Notes under the pieces: model-generated
Told to the model about the DNA's origin: nothing
The model's input: only the letters and a program-made list of their open reading frames with translations
The model's database searches: none
Shown here: positions 1-11,691 of the stretch, piece after piece
Position numbering within the stretch: position 1 is the first letter of the stretch
How the letters are laid out: each line of letters opens with the position of its first letter
Program-made: the position numbers and the translations under genes
DNA from: Octopus vulgaris
Lineage: Eukaryota
Direction of reading: 5' to 3'
DNA: 64,000 bases
Assembly (NCBI GenBank): GCA_951406725.2
Contig: OX597818.1
Span: 41,788,001 to 41,852,000 of the forward strand

Positions 1-87
1 TAAAATGAGATGGCAGAGTTACTTTCATTTTTGTATATTTAGACGACAGTTTATTCACTGCACCCTGTATATATATATATACACACA

Positions 88-240
88 CAACGGGCTTCAG
101 TTTCTGCCTACTACCAAATCCATAAATTGGTTGGCCTGAGGGTATAGTAGAAGACACTTGCCTAAGGTGCATATGGACTGAACCTAGAACCCCGTGGTTG
201 GGGAGCAAACTTCTTACCACACAGCTACACCTGTTCCTAT
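88..240 (-). mobile_element. tRNA-derived SINE family A, head fragment (degraded)
   Basis: Reverse complement matches the head of fuller copies at 43372 and 47625 (ggctgtgtggtaag...ggttcagtcc...aagtgtcttctactata). Confidence 0.75.
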
Positions 241-834
241 GATGTAGAATTTTATTAATGATGGCAGTCCAAATACATACTATCACTTTCTCTGGCTGTG
301 TTAAGAAAATTATTGTGTGACCTCGTAGTTTCCACTGCCCAGACACAGCTAGCTGATGTTTTCTACTACAGATACAGGTTGAGAGTGAAAATTTGGTAGA
401 TGGAAACCATAAGTCCATTGTATATATACCAGGTCATTCTTGGTCCTACTGGTAATATGTGACCCAATACAACCTGTTGCATGGTTCCTCCTTAGATAGG
501 AATAAGGTGTATGGGTTTTGTGCTACTAAGCATTGACTGCAATTCATAAATGTTTGCAAAGAGAAGAACTGTCCAATAGATTTGACAAGATTCTTCTTTT
601 GTTTCACAGCCTCATTTGTAGAAGGAAGAATAGGAGACCACACTCACAAATTGCTACTAATCACTGACATCTACTTATGTAATCTTTTCTCTCCAAGGTT
701 TGTGTTTGGTGCATCAGCAGGAAAAGGATTACATGAAGCCTCCACAAGATCACTGACTTCTAGCAGAGCTACCCAGCTACTTACAGGGCCTGATGTGTAC
801 ATGTGTGCGTTAGTAACAAACTAAAGTGTAATCG

Positions 835-1230
835 TTACTTTAGCATCCACTTTTCCATGCTTGCATGGGTTGGCAGATTTTTCTATGGCTGGATGCTCTT
901 CCTGCCACTAACCCTCACCTGTTTTCAAGTAAGATAACATTTCCTCATGACCAAACATGCTTTCACAGGAGATTGAAAACAAAGGTCACTGCTTACATTA
1001 TGGTGACACTAGTTTACAATTATGCAAAGTTAAGGCAGGAAGACAGAAGACAGTAACACACACATGGATATATGATGGGCTTCTTTCAGTTCTGCTTGCC
1101 AGATCCACTCAGAAGGCTATGGTCAACCCTGGCTATAGTAGAAGACACTTGCCCAAGGTCCTACACAGCAGGACTGAACCCTGGGACCATGTGGTTGGGA
1201 AGCAAGCTTTTTACCACATAGCCATGCCTG
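835..1230 (-). mobile_element. SINE family A head joined to an RTE-type 3' tail
   Basis: 1230-1075 is the family A head. After a short microsatellite it continues into a tail ending catgcaagcatggaaaagtggatgctaaa, shared with the RTE 3' ends in this window. Confidence 0.7.
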
Positions 1231-1519
1231 TGGGTATTTAAGAGTGTGTGATCAAAACCGCATTGGTGGATGAATAATTTTTACAATAGTAGAGTGCTGT
1301 TAATATGATACTAATGCTTTTATATGAATAAATTTGCTGAGCAGTCAGTATTATTTGAACAATGACTGAATAATTGTGAATGAATTTGCATGAAACCATT
1401 AGTATCATTAAAAGTACTCTACTAATACACACATACACACACACATTAATGTTTGTTTTTAAGTTAATAAAAGCAATTTTACATTAAGCTGAAGGATAAC
1501 CCAACACATTTGGTAGTCC

Positions 1520-1873
1520 ATCATCATCATCGTTTAACGTCCGCTTTCCATGCTAGCGTGGGTTGGACGATTTTGACTGAGGGCTGGCGAGCCAGATGGC
1601 TGGCTGCACCAGGCTCCAATCTTGATCTGGTAGAGTTTCTACAGCTGGATGCCCTTCCTAATGCCAACCACTCCGAGAGTGTAGTGGGTGCTTTTTACGT
1701 GCCACTGGCAATGACCTTGCTCGAATCCTTTTACACATGTCACCAGCACAGGTGCCAGTAAGGCGACGTTGGTAACGATCACGCTCGAATGGTACCCTTT
1801 AACGTGCCACTGACACAGAAGCCAGTTGGCTGCTCTGGCAACGGTCATGCTTGGATGGTGCTCTTGGCACCCT
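1520..1873 (-). mobile_element. 5'-truncated RTE-type retroposon 3' end with (GAT)n tail
   Basis: (cat)n followed by cgtttaacgtccgctttccatgctagc...ggatgcccttcctaatgccaaccactcc. The same terminus is found on the RT-bearing LINE at 5957-7400. Confidence 0.8.
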
Positions 1874-2249
1874 GTACAAATTTATTATTCTTCAACAAGT
1901 ATAGTACTGACAGTGACTTCTAAGTTTCAGCTACTAAGCCATCATCAGACTGTGGTACATTTCAGTTCATCTGGGATTTATGTAGTCTCATTTAAGTTAA
2001 TATTTTCAAGGGTCAGCTGAATTCTGTTGAATGTTAATTAGGTTGTATGGTAGGTTGTGATGGCAAGTTGATATGGAGAATTTTTATTGTTAAATTTGGT
2101 GTTATCAAAAAAACCCTAAATAACACCAACCTGCCAACAAACTACAACTTACTACCTACTTACACTCTTTTGTGAACCCTTAAAAACTCCATTACCCAAC
2201 AGCTGACATATCTAAATACAAAAGTTTAAATACTGGACTGAATTCTGTT

Positions 2250-3560
2250 GTAGGTGGGACTTTAAATTTATTTCATTTTTGCAGCCCTCACTCTATAGTT
2301 GGTTTTGACGAATGACAGAACTGGATATTGCTGTCCTCACTTGTATTTCTTGCTTTGATGTAGGTTTATCTAGGATCTTAAAATTTGTCTAAGTGTTTTT
2401 TTTAAATACATCCACATTTTATGCTTTGTAGATTTATAAGGTTTTTTGGCAGGATACTGAAAAGTTGTTGGCCTTCGAACCCTAAGCTGTTATAGTTTCA
2501 GGTTCTTATTCTAGATGGAGAAGATGGGATATTTGGTACCAGAACCCCCAGAATCTTTTCATATATACATATCACTTCCTATCCTTCATGTCTTTGTTCC
2601 AGGGAGTACAGCCTCAGTTCTTTTAATGTCTCCCAGTAATTTATCTGTGGCAATGAGGCAATCATATTTGGAAGCATTAGACCAGGAAACTGAAAAACAA
2701 ATACTCTTCAGAGGGCCATCATAGTTTCCTTTTATGCTTTGTTCTGAATGGTCTCAGAATCCAACCATCCTGTTGCTTGCACATTGTTGCCATCTTAATA
2801 ATAAGCACACAGAATGATGTATAATTACTAACATCAATTCCCTGATAATGTATTGATTGTGACTCCAAGACTGCAATACCTTCTAGTCTTATATGTTCTA
2901 GCTGAGATCTGTTTGTGTGATGGTAGCAGAGTGTGTTGCTTTCTTCAGCCCATTTTTATACTGCATTCAGGTTTTATGTCATTCTGCATTATCAATAGAT
3001 TTCTTGACTGTCTGTGATAATTTTGTATCATTAGCATAGCTGGTGAGAGTTGTTAACTGTATGATGAGAGAGCCACTACAAACGGCAGTGGTTCCAATTG
3101 TTTCCTAAGAGACTCTGCTTAGAATTGATCTAAGAGCACCAATAGCTGCAACTGTTTGACTCCTACCTTTTAACATGTCATTCAACCACACCCCTAGTTT
3201 TCCAAGTATGCTGACATTACAAAGTGTGTGTGATATATCATCCCATGACAGACTTTAACAAAGGCCTTTGCAAATTCAAGAGATATCGATCTATATTTGA
3301 ATGATTGAGTTACTGTTTTAGTGCCTAGCCATAATGCTGTAGGAGCTGTGTGAGACAACACCTTTGTGAAGAGAATCTGTGTTGGGTGCCACTAAAATAG
3401 TTATTTTCCTCTCGGAACCTAATCAGCTGCCTTCTGAAAATTACATTTCATGACTTTGCTAGTGTAGAAGTTTATAAAGACATGTGAATATTTGTCAAGT
3501 ATTTTTGGAGAAAAAACTGTACTAAAACTAAATATGGTGTATCCTCTGTAGCACATATGT
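2250..3560 (-). mobile_element. Degraded CR1/L2-type LINE reverse transcriptase remnant
   Basis: Minus-strand fragments translate as LEFAKAFVKVCHG (cf. LDFAKAFDKVDH) and TLTSYANDTK (cf. YADDTK), with many stops and frameshifts. Boundaries approximate. Confidence 0.7.
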
Positions 3561-3888
3561 GGAGTGTGCACATGCACACATGTGTGAGTACAGATATACA
3601 CAGGTATCTGTCTTATGTATATATGGATCCTGTCAAGTGTCCACCCATACCAGCATGGAAAATGGATATCAGATGATGATGAGGATACATGTATTTCTCT
3701 TCCTACAAAACAAGTCAAAGTACAGACACAATACACTTTGAAAAAAACCTCAAATGTTAAAAATATGCACCTTTAAAACTGAGATATGTTAAAATCATAG
3801 TTGAGAGAGATAATAGAATTTCTCTATAGTGATGAACCAAAATGTAAAAAGAGAGGCCCTGAAATAAATGTACAATCATTTCTTACAC

Positions 3889-4135
3889 CATCATCATCGT
3901 TTAGCGTCCGCTTTCCATGCTAGCATGGGTTGGACGGTTCAACTGGGGTCTGGGAAGCCAGAAGGCTGCACCAGGCCCAGTCTGATCTGGCAAAGTTTCT
4001 ACGGCTGGATGCCCTTCCTAACGCCAACCACTCCGTGAGTGTAGTGGGTGCTTTTTACGTGCCAGACGAGGCTGGCAAACGGCCATGATCGGATGGTGCT
4101 TTTTACATGCCACCGGCACAGAGGACGGTCGGGGC
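3889..4135 (-). mobile_element. RTE-type retroposon 3' end fragment
   Basis: Same (cat)n terminus and ggatgcccttcctaacgccaaccactcc motif as 1520-1873. Confidence 0.8.
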
Positions 4136-4325
4136 ATATAATTGCTTAAAATAGATGGAACTTGTGGGAGGGAAACCCAGGATAGCATGGGACAAAGTAT
4201 TGGAGGCTAATCTCAAGATGCTGAATCTTAAAGAGAAGATAACAGGCATTTTACTGTGCTCAAGAAGACCCATCAATTACAGCAAAAATAATATATAAAT
4301 AATAATATAAACAAATTAGCCATAC

Positions 4326-4451
4326 CATTAAAGGCTCTGTATTTGGTAAGTATTTTGACACCTCCACACCAACTGGATCAGTTGTTGGTTTGTTGCACAA
4401 GTAGATATTTTCTATTTTACCACATTTTAAGAAAAAGTTCTCCAAGCATTT
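4326..4451 (-). CDS. RRP7A: Ribosomal RNA-processing protein 7 homolog A, coding exon 3
   Basis: Acceptor ttttatcttcttttAG precedes 4451 and donor GTATGG follows 4326. The exon is 126 nt, phase 0-0, and translates KCLENFFLKCGKIENIYLCNKPTTDPVGVEVSKYLPNTEPLM, resembling RRP7A ESLSRLLSTCGLVQSVELQEKP...SKFFHPKPVP. Confidence 0.85.
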
Positions 4452-4878
4452 CTAAAAGAAGATAAAAAAGTAAATCAGTTTAATAACTTGATGGTTGCAC
4501 ATTTCTTGCTTTTCTCTCCATATTTACATACACAGCACACACACACATGAAATACAATAGATGAGAGTTCAAAGTGGACAATATCAATTGTGTGGTGACT
4601 TTGAGATAGGTACATAACTCAGTTTACCACCAGTAATTATGATTAGGAATGGAATTTAGGCAAAACAGCAATTGTTTAAAAAAAAAACCCCACCCATCTT
4701 AGCAAAAACATTATATGCATATATTTATGTTGATATTAAAGGTTAATTTAAGACTGAATAACAAACAGATGCTTACATTTAAATAAGTGTAAAGTGCAGA
4801 TACAAATGGTATACATATAAAAGGTGATGTGAGCACTTGGATCCAAACTTGTACATCATTTTGGTGTAAAATATCACT

Positions 4879-5252
4879 AGCATCGCCTTAAAGAGCACCA
4901 TCCGAGTGTGATCGTTGCCAGAGTGGCCATCTGGCCTCCGTGCCAGTGGCATGTAAAAGATACCATTCGAGTGTGATCGTTACCAGCATCACCTTACTGG
5001 TACCTGTGCCGGTGGCATGTGTAAAAGATTTGAGTGAGGTTGTTGCCAGTACCACCTGACTGGCCCCGTGCCAGTGGCACGTAAAAGCACCCACTACACT
5101 CTCGGAGTGGCTAGTGTTAGGAAGGGCATCCAGCTGTAGAAATTCTGCCCGATCAAGATTGAAGTCTGGTGCAGCCATCTGGTTCGCCAGCCCTCAGTCA
5201 TTCATCTAACCCATGCTAGCACGGAAAGCAGACGTTAAACGATGATGATGAT
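4879..5252 (+). mobile_element. RTE-type retroposon 3' end with tandem ~60-bp palindromic units
   Basis: Three units of cgagtgtgatcgttgccag...gtgccagtggcacgtaaaag, then ttaggaagggcatccagctgtagaaa and a (gat)n tail. Confidence 0.8.
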
Positions 5253-5956
5253 TCAATTGTACATCATTTTATCATATTTTGGTGTAATTATATTCAATAA
5301 AATCGACGATTCAATAAAATCGTCTATACTTAACATGCATCAATTTTTGAAACTGATATAATCCTGGTATATGTGCAGTTTGTACTATGTCACTCATCAT
5401 CATCATCATCATAGCAGATGTGGGCTGGATATATGGTCATAAACTGAGTCAGTTCTTGAGTTCCTGCTGTCCAAGACAGGTTAGGGAACTACATCTTACT
5501 CATGTTTCCTCACTATCAGCATTAAATAAAACAATACAGCTATAATACTGATTTCTTATATTAATTGCTATTTTATCTAGCTATTAACAGAGAAGATAGT
5601 TACTCTAATTCAGTTAAAATCATGTCACAAACAGCATAAACACAGGAATTAATATGAACTAAAAGCAAAATCACTTTTTCCACACACACAAAATACATGT
5701 TTATATACATGAATTAGTACAAATGTGTTTATAAATAAAGACATTTAAATGCACTAAGTCATGCTAAAAATATTATCCATCAGCCTGCAATCTCCCACCT
5801 CATAGTTATCCATGTCTTCCATCTCTCACTAGATCATCCTATCAGTACTTTACTTTCATTTGATGCAGCAACTGCAGACTGCTGCATCAAATGCAGGCTG
5901 GAAGAAGCCTCATAGCAATTTCATTTCAGTGACAAGGATGGAAAACAGGCCTAGAA

Positions 5957-7400
5957 ATCATCATCCTCATTTAACATCCACTTTCCATGCTGGCATGGGT
6001 TAGATGGTTTGACTGGAACTGGTAAGCCAGAGAGCTGCACCAGGTTCCAGTTTCTGATTTTGGCTTGGTTTCTACAACTGGATGTCCTTCCAAATACCAA
6101 CCACTCCATGAGTGTAGTGGGTGCCTTTTACACGTCACCAGCAATGGTGCTTTAACATGTCACTGGTACCAGCCACAATTACGATTTCACTTGGCTTGAC
6201 AAAGGTCACGAGCACTTCTTATCACCTTTGTGAGAACCCACATTCCAAGATCATGCTTAACTACCTCATCTCATGTCTTCCTGGATCAACCTCTTCCTCA
6301 GGTTCCCTCCACACCGAGAGATCTGTATTTCTTCATGCAGCTGTCCCCATCCATATGCGTCATATGACCATACCAGCACAGATATCTCTCTTGCATACAT
6401 CTGATGCTTCTTATGCCCAATTTTTCTCTCAAGATGTTTACACTCTGTTGTATACACACGCTGACATTGCACATCCAGCAGAGCATACCAGATTCATTTC
6501 TTTCAAGCCTTCACATGTCCCCTGCAGTCACAGCCCATATTTCACTGCTGTGTAGCATGGCTGTTCAAATACAGGCATCATACAATTTGCCTTTCACTCT
6601 GTGGGAGAAGCTCTTTGTTGCCAACAAAGATAGAAGCTTTCTGAACTTTGTCCAGCCAATTCTTATTCTAGCAGCTAGACTCTTGGAACATCCACCTTCA
6701 CTGTTGACTTGGTCACCTAGATAACAAAAGCTATCAACTACTTCTGGTATTCCCCCTGGCATTTGATGGAGTCTATTTTCTGCATATTTCTAGTGTTTAT
6801 TATATCTGTGCATCTGCTACACACAAATCTATTAACTCTGTTAACCCACCTCTGATATTGCTGTGTCCATAGCTTACTCTGATAGTATGTGCCCATAGCT
6901 TGCATTGGGTACACCTTATGGAGTTTCTACCAACGCATTTTCTTCATATCAAGCAGGGCCATCTACCTGAAGGGATTTGTGATTTGTCTGCTTTCCCACT
7001 TACTAAGACTTTGGTTTTTGCTAAATTAACTCTAAAGCCCTTTGATTCCAGACCTTGCTTCCACATCTGAAATTTTTTCTACAGTTCTAGTAGTGATTCA
7101 GCTATAAGAAACAGGTCATCAGCATAAAGCTCACAGGGGTAACCCAACTTAATTTCCTCTGTTATTGCATCATCATCATCGTTTAGCGTTCGTTTTCCAT
7201 GCTAGCATGGGTTGGACGGTTCAACTGGGGTCTGTGAAGCCGGAAGACTTCATCAGGCCCAGTCAGATCTGGCAGTGTTTCTATGGCTGGATGCCCTTCC
7301 TAACGCCAACCACTCCGTGAGTGTAGTGGGTGCTTTTTACGTGCCACCCGCACAGTGTGCCTGGAGGATTATTTTGAACAGGGAGAGGGTGGGGAATGAT
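5957..7400 (-). mobile_element. Degraded RTE-clade LINE (RT C-terminal half plus 3' UTR)
   Basis: Minus strand gives YADDLFLIAES, FCYLGDQVNSEGGC...RIGWTKFRKLLSLL...RVKGKLYDAC and WYGHMTHM, then the (GAT)n tail at ~5957. Interrupted by an insertion at 7169-7355. Confidence 0.88.
7169..7355 (-). mobile_element. Short RTE 3'-end copy nested in the RT region of the older RTE
   Basis: (cat)n-tailed terminus. The host frame (LFKIILQA / ITEEIKLGYPCE) resumes on both sides. Confidence 0.75.
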
Positions 7401-7984
7401 CTTAGGTGAAATAAAAGGTTGTTAAGTGAGAAATATAAATGACAAATTCAAGTGAAATAATATAGGGGCCAGCAGCAGCATGGCAAGTAAAGCTATAAAG
7501 TAAATGAAGACAAGGAAAGAGGCAGGTTCATCAATTGTTGAGATATTGAACAGATCAGACTACATAGCTCCTCATATGCTAGTTACTCATTTTGTTAATC
7601 AGGAAAAGCAATGATTGTCAATAAGTAACATCAGTGATCTTTACAAAGACCTGTAGAGATGTACTGGAGTAGATCAATTACAGGAATCTCAAACTAATGG
7701 ATTGTCTTAGAAGTAGATAAAAATTTTAGTAACATCAGTTTGTATAAGGATTAGCTTGGATAAAACACAGTTTTGGTTTATGTCAGGACAAAGGCTAACA
7801 AAAGCTATATCTCTATTGAAGGCATTGTAAGTAAATTTCTTAACTAAGAGCAAACCACTCAATGTCTATGACACAGTCCTCCAAACTGTAGACTGGTGGA
7901 TGTTTGAAGAAATAGGTTGAGATGTATTATTTGTGCAGTATAGCCAACAACAAGTTTAGTAAAACATAAGTGTCTACTAGGATC

Positions 7985-8225
7985 ATTTTTTTCCTATGGA
8001 CCCTTTTAATACCTATTTCACTCAGGTCGAAGTCCACAGCCATTTGAGATTTTAAAAATTTTATTGTATTTCATTAATGAAATAATATTAGGAATTGTAT
8101 AAAAAAAATTGTGAAAACATTTTTGTGTAATGTAGAAATATAACTGGTTTATTTTGCACATAAATTTTAACAACAAAATCTCATATGGACCTCCAAGGGT
8201 CATATAGACTCTGGTTGAGAACAAG
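7985..8225 (-). mobile_element. hAT-like MITE fragment
   Basis: Minus strand begins gttctcaaccagagtctatatgacccttggaggtccatatg, resembling cagtggttctcaac-type hAT termini. The other end is unclear. Confidence 0.4.
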
Positions 8226-8252
8226 TCAGTTTTTATTCATTTTGGCTCTTAA

Positions 8253-9319
8253 CCCTTTCGTTACTATATTTCTGACCAAAATACACCCCTTATGTGTTTC
8301 AATTAATTTCTAACGTAATCATAAATTTAGTCTGGTTTCATTAAACAACTATTACTTTTTTATTTATCAATATATTAACATGAATTTTGGAAGATAATTT
8401 AATGAAATGTTCTCAACCAATTCTATACTATAATTTTTGTCACAAAGTGACTCTAATTGCAGGTAGATACAGGTAAATTCAACAATATATAAAATTATTA
8501 AAATTTTGTTCAAACATCGCTATAGAAAATTGGTTATTAGCTAATATTCAATTGGGTATACAACAAAATTTTACGATAGAATTTGTTATTCTGGGTAACT
8601 TTCTGATACCCATAATAATATTTATGGCAAAATAGGCCTTAATTTCATTTAAGGTTGTGGGAAATAACAAACTATCCTTTCTTTTGCTTTGTTTACGTTT
8701 AGCGTAACGGTTCGTTTCCGCCGTAATGATTTCAAATAGGCTCATTCGAAAAAGTAAAAAGAAATAGTTTAAGGCTTTACTCTTCTGGGAAAGTCTGTGG
8801 CTTGGTCCAGTTTCTTCAGAAAAATCACCGAAAGAAACAGTTTTTAAATTTTCACTCCATTCAGGTGCCAATTCATTTTCTTTATCGCTGTTGGAGCTCT
8901 CAGATTCACTATTTTCACTTTCGGAAAATGAAACATCAGATTCATTATCAAATACCACATGCTTTTTTTTTTCAGTCATAGAGTTAGATTTATGAAGGTC
9001 TTCAGTAGAAAATCCTTCGAATTCTGACTCGCTGCTTGATATAATGAAATTCGTATCCATTTTTTGTCAGAATTAGAAATTTTGAAAACACAATAGGAAC
9101 AAATTTCAGAAAAAAATCTCCCATAATTCATGGAATTAAAATTACACTTCGATTTTTGTACAAAACTGTAGTTGAACTGTTTACGAAGTATAATACGTGT
9201 TTTCACGAATGTACTAAAGAGATTTACTATGATATTCTCATTTAAATATGAATAGGTAAATTCGGGCGGTTTGGTCACATTAACCAAAATTTTTTTCGGG
9301 CGGTTTGGTAACGAAAGGG
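8253..9319 (-). mobile_element. Internally deleted piggyBac transposon with intact ends
   Basis: TTAA at 8249-8252 and 9320-9323; perfect 12-bp TIRs CCCTTTCGTTAC / GTAACGAAAGGG; contains a transposase N-terminal ORF. Confidence 0.93.
8548..9060 (-). pseudogene. Truncated piggyBac (PGBD-like) transposase, 170-aa open N-terminal region
   Basis: Acidic Ser-rich N-terminus, then YFFLLF...EIITAETNRYA...PTTLNEIKAYFAINIIMGIRKLPRI, typical of piggyBac transposases. The catalytic DDD region is absent. Confidence 0.85.
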
Positions 9320-9502
9320 TTAAAACTATATGCAAGATATCAAGACTAGTTGACAATAGGGACTTTTATATGCTGATGATCTAGTTCTCATTGCAGTCAG
9401 TAGTAGAGATTACAGGTAAACATGATAAAAACCAAACTGATAGTAAGAAAAATCAGGTAACCCCAGAGCCATCTGAGAAGTGACATCTATATATATAGAA
9501 GT

Positions 9503-9731
9503 GTGGAGGCGCAATGGCCCAGTGGTTAGGGCAGCAGACTCATGGTCATGATTCCCAGACCGGGCTTTGTGATCCCTGCTGTACTCTTTTGCCACAACTT
9601 TCTCTCACTCTTTCTTCTGTTGGCCTGCTCGCTTAGCCAGCAGGGTGGCGTCATTTGAAGGCTAAAACAATGCAAAGTGCATTGTGACCAGCGATGTGTA
9701 GCAACATCTGATAGCCTGGTCGGTTACGGTG
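9503..9731 (+). mobile_element. tRNA-derived SINE (family C) with 12-bp TSD
   Basis: A-box-like tggcccagtggttagg at the 5' end; flanking direct repeat atatatagaagt at 9491-9502 and 9732-9743. Confidence 0.85.
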
Positions 9732-9969
9732 ATATATAGAAGTAAACAGGAACTGTAAATTTATGCATATGTACAGGGTATTTAGCATTTGAGTATTCTT
9801 GTTGAGTAGGTTTGGCGTATGTAACATAATGTAATGCAAGGAATATTATGCATTATTGACAATTTTAACAAAGCATTTACTCTCCAATGGGTCTGGTGTA
9901 TGGTTTGTGATTCATGACATTTAAACAACATTTCTGCTAAACACCTGAAATATTCTAATAAAGACCTAC

Positions 9970-10109
9970 TTTATTCACATATGGAGGAATATTGATGACA
10001 AACAAGGTTCTATCTTTTGGTCGTTGGGGATCTGCGTCTCTTGTAGAATGAGGTTTAATAAAAAGATGTCGAATAACTTCACTGTCTTCTGTTATTTTAA
10101 CACGAACAA
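9970..10109 (-). CDS. RRP7A: Ribosomal RNA-processing protein 7 homolog A, coding exon 2
   Basis: Acceptor tgtacttgcAG and donor GTAGGT. The exon is 140 nt, phase 1-0, and translates VVRVKITEDSEVIRHLFIKPHSTRDADPQRPKDRTLFVINIPPYVNK, matching the RRP7A motif P.KRTLFVLNVPPY. Confidence 0.92.
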
Positions 10110-11496
10110 CTGCAAGTACAAAAATATTTAAAAAATATAACACAAATATATTGATTGTATGAGTTATGACAAATTTTAACACAATAATAGTGACAACATG
10201 AAATATATATATACACACATACACACTCTTAATGTTTGGAAACTTCAGGAATGTATAATGATATCTGATTTTGCTGATTATCCCAACCTATTCCTGAAAT
10301 TAGAAGCTGAGAATAATCATAGAATTCTAAACTTAATATTTTAAAACTAATTTTCTAACTGGTTCCTCAAAGATAATTATTCCAGAGCTAGCCCCCCCTC
10401 CTTCACCAATCATTTCACTCTCTCTCCCCTTACATAGATATACAACATAGTATCTCATTCCTAAGCAATCTATCTACCATTAGCTTTTCTCATGATCGCA
10501 TGAGCCAATGAGCTTCTATAAAGCCACTTGTCTTGCTTGAAATAACAGCTATTTCTCTATGCTGACATAGGTTGGATAGATGCTATTAGTTTATCACCAC
10601 TCATCTTGATCGTTTGTCATCCAGACCAACATTATATTTAACTTCACTACTTCTTTCTCTTCTACGTCAGTAGCATAACACACTTTTACTTTTCACTCTA
10701 TCTTTTTGCATCATGTTTACTTTTGTACATTTTGATTAATGCTTTCGTGGAAGTTCTACACTAAATTTCATACCATATTTGTTGCAAACCCTTAACTTAT
10801 CGGAGAGACAGAAAAAAATCACAGCTCAAATGCCAGTAAGGGATTAAACCAACCACAACTATGATTACAGAGAGTCAATCTATTAAAAATCCTTCTCATT
10901 GTTTACAATAGAGATTAGCAATACAAATTGATGAAATCATTTCCAAAGGCGAACTATGGTGACAAGTCAAGCAACAATGTTGTTAACCAGTCCAGTGACT
11001 ACCCAAAAGTCTCCTTACCGACTCGTGGTAAAAATGTACAAAACCAAATAATCACAGAGAAGTGGTAATAGCTGGTGTATGAAAACAAATGGGAAAATAA
11101 CGAGAAAGCTTAGAACTGCAATATATAAAATGAATTTAACACGTGTTTGTGAACAAGATGCAAATGTACTTGAGAATAACAAACTTAATACTTTTAAATT
11201 TTATTTTTCAAAAAAATCTGAATCAATAAGTTACAAAATTAATAATTTCTACACATTTAATATAACGATAACGGTTTCAAAATAATCATATTTGTATATA
11301 AACTGAGATTTTTGAGAGAGAAATCTGACGGCAAACAAGATCGAAACTTTTAAAAACAAAAACAATGGAAAGAAATACGTTTGAAATCTCAAAGCAGTTT
11401 TTCTACGTTATAATTGGTTACTGAAATATAAAATAAGCATGATGAGGTTACTTGAAACAATTTTAAAAAGAGGAAATTTGACAAAATTAACGTTAC

Positions 11497-11527
11497 CGTT
11501 GAAACCAAGCACGCTGTGCTTCGCCAT
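11497..11527 (-). CDS. RRP7A: Ribosomal RNA-processing protein 7 homolog A, coding exon 1
   Basis: Strong Kozak context aacATGG; translates MAKHSVLGFN plus one G, followed by donor GTAACG. 31+140 nt = 57 codons, in frame with exon 2. Confidence 0.8.
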
Positions 11528-11590
11528 GTTTGTCGCTAACGGAAGTGTTGGTTGTGAAATCGTCATCTGAATTTCCGGTGTTCTGCTATG
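11522..11590. promoter_or_regulatory. Putative bidirectional housekeeping promoter core
   Basis: YY1-like CGCCATGTT (11522-11530) over the RRP7A start codon; ETS/GABP-like CGGAAGTG (11540-11547) and an inverted CCGGAAAT (11571-11578); locally high GC and CpG; splice donors point outward on both strands. Confidence 0.6.
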
Positions 11591-11691
11591 TTTCAAGGTA
11601 AACGAAAGCCAAGCATCAGAGCAAGCCGTAAGATGGACATGTACCGTTGCATGGTGCAGTTGGCTCATCGTCCCAGGATTCCATCTTACAG
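11588..11691 (+). other. Probable first exon (coding or 5' UTR) of an unidentified divergent gene
   Basis: GC-balanced block ending in the strong donor CAG|GTATGT, followed by T-rich intron-like DNA. An alternative donor AAG|GTAAAC follows 11597. Possible peptide MFQGKRKPSIRASRKMDMYRCMVQLAHRPRIPSY(R), not recognised. Confidence 0.5.

Larger units (their letters stand above)
7760..9480 (+). mobile_element. Old RTE RT fragment split by later insertions
   Basis: QFWFMSGQRLTKAISLL near 7770, FLFILAL at ~8230-8250, and KTI...YADDLVLIAV after 9320. The frame rejoins across the piggyBac TTAA. Confidence 0.6.

Noticed and set aside
1-4325. RRP7A exon 4 (expected GF.VAYVVF-like start) or intronic snoRNAs
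   Set aside because: No matching minus-strand frame and no convincing C/D or H/ACA arrangement found by eye. Exon 4 probably lies left of the window.
11632-11691. Resemblance of MYRCMVQLAHRPRIPSY to the N-terminus of calcium channel beta-2a (MQCCGLVHRRRVRVSY)
   Set aside because: The match is short and weak, the splice phase appears to differ, and no downstream beta-subunit exon is visible in the window.
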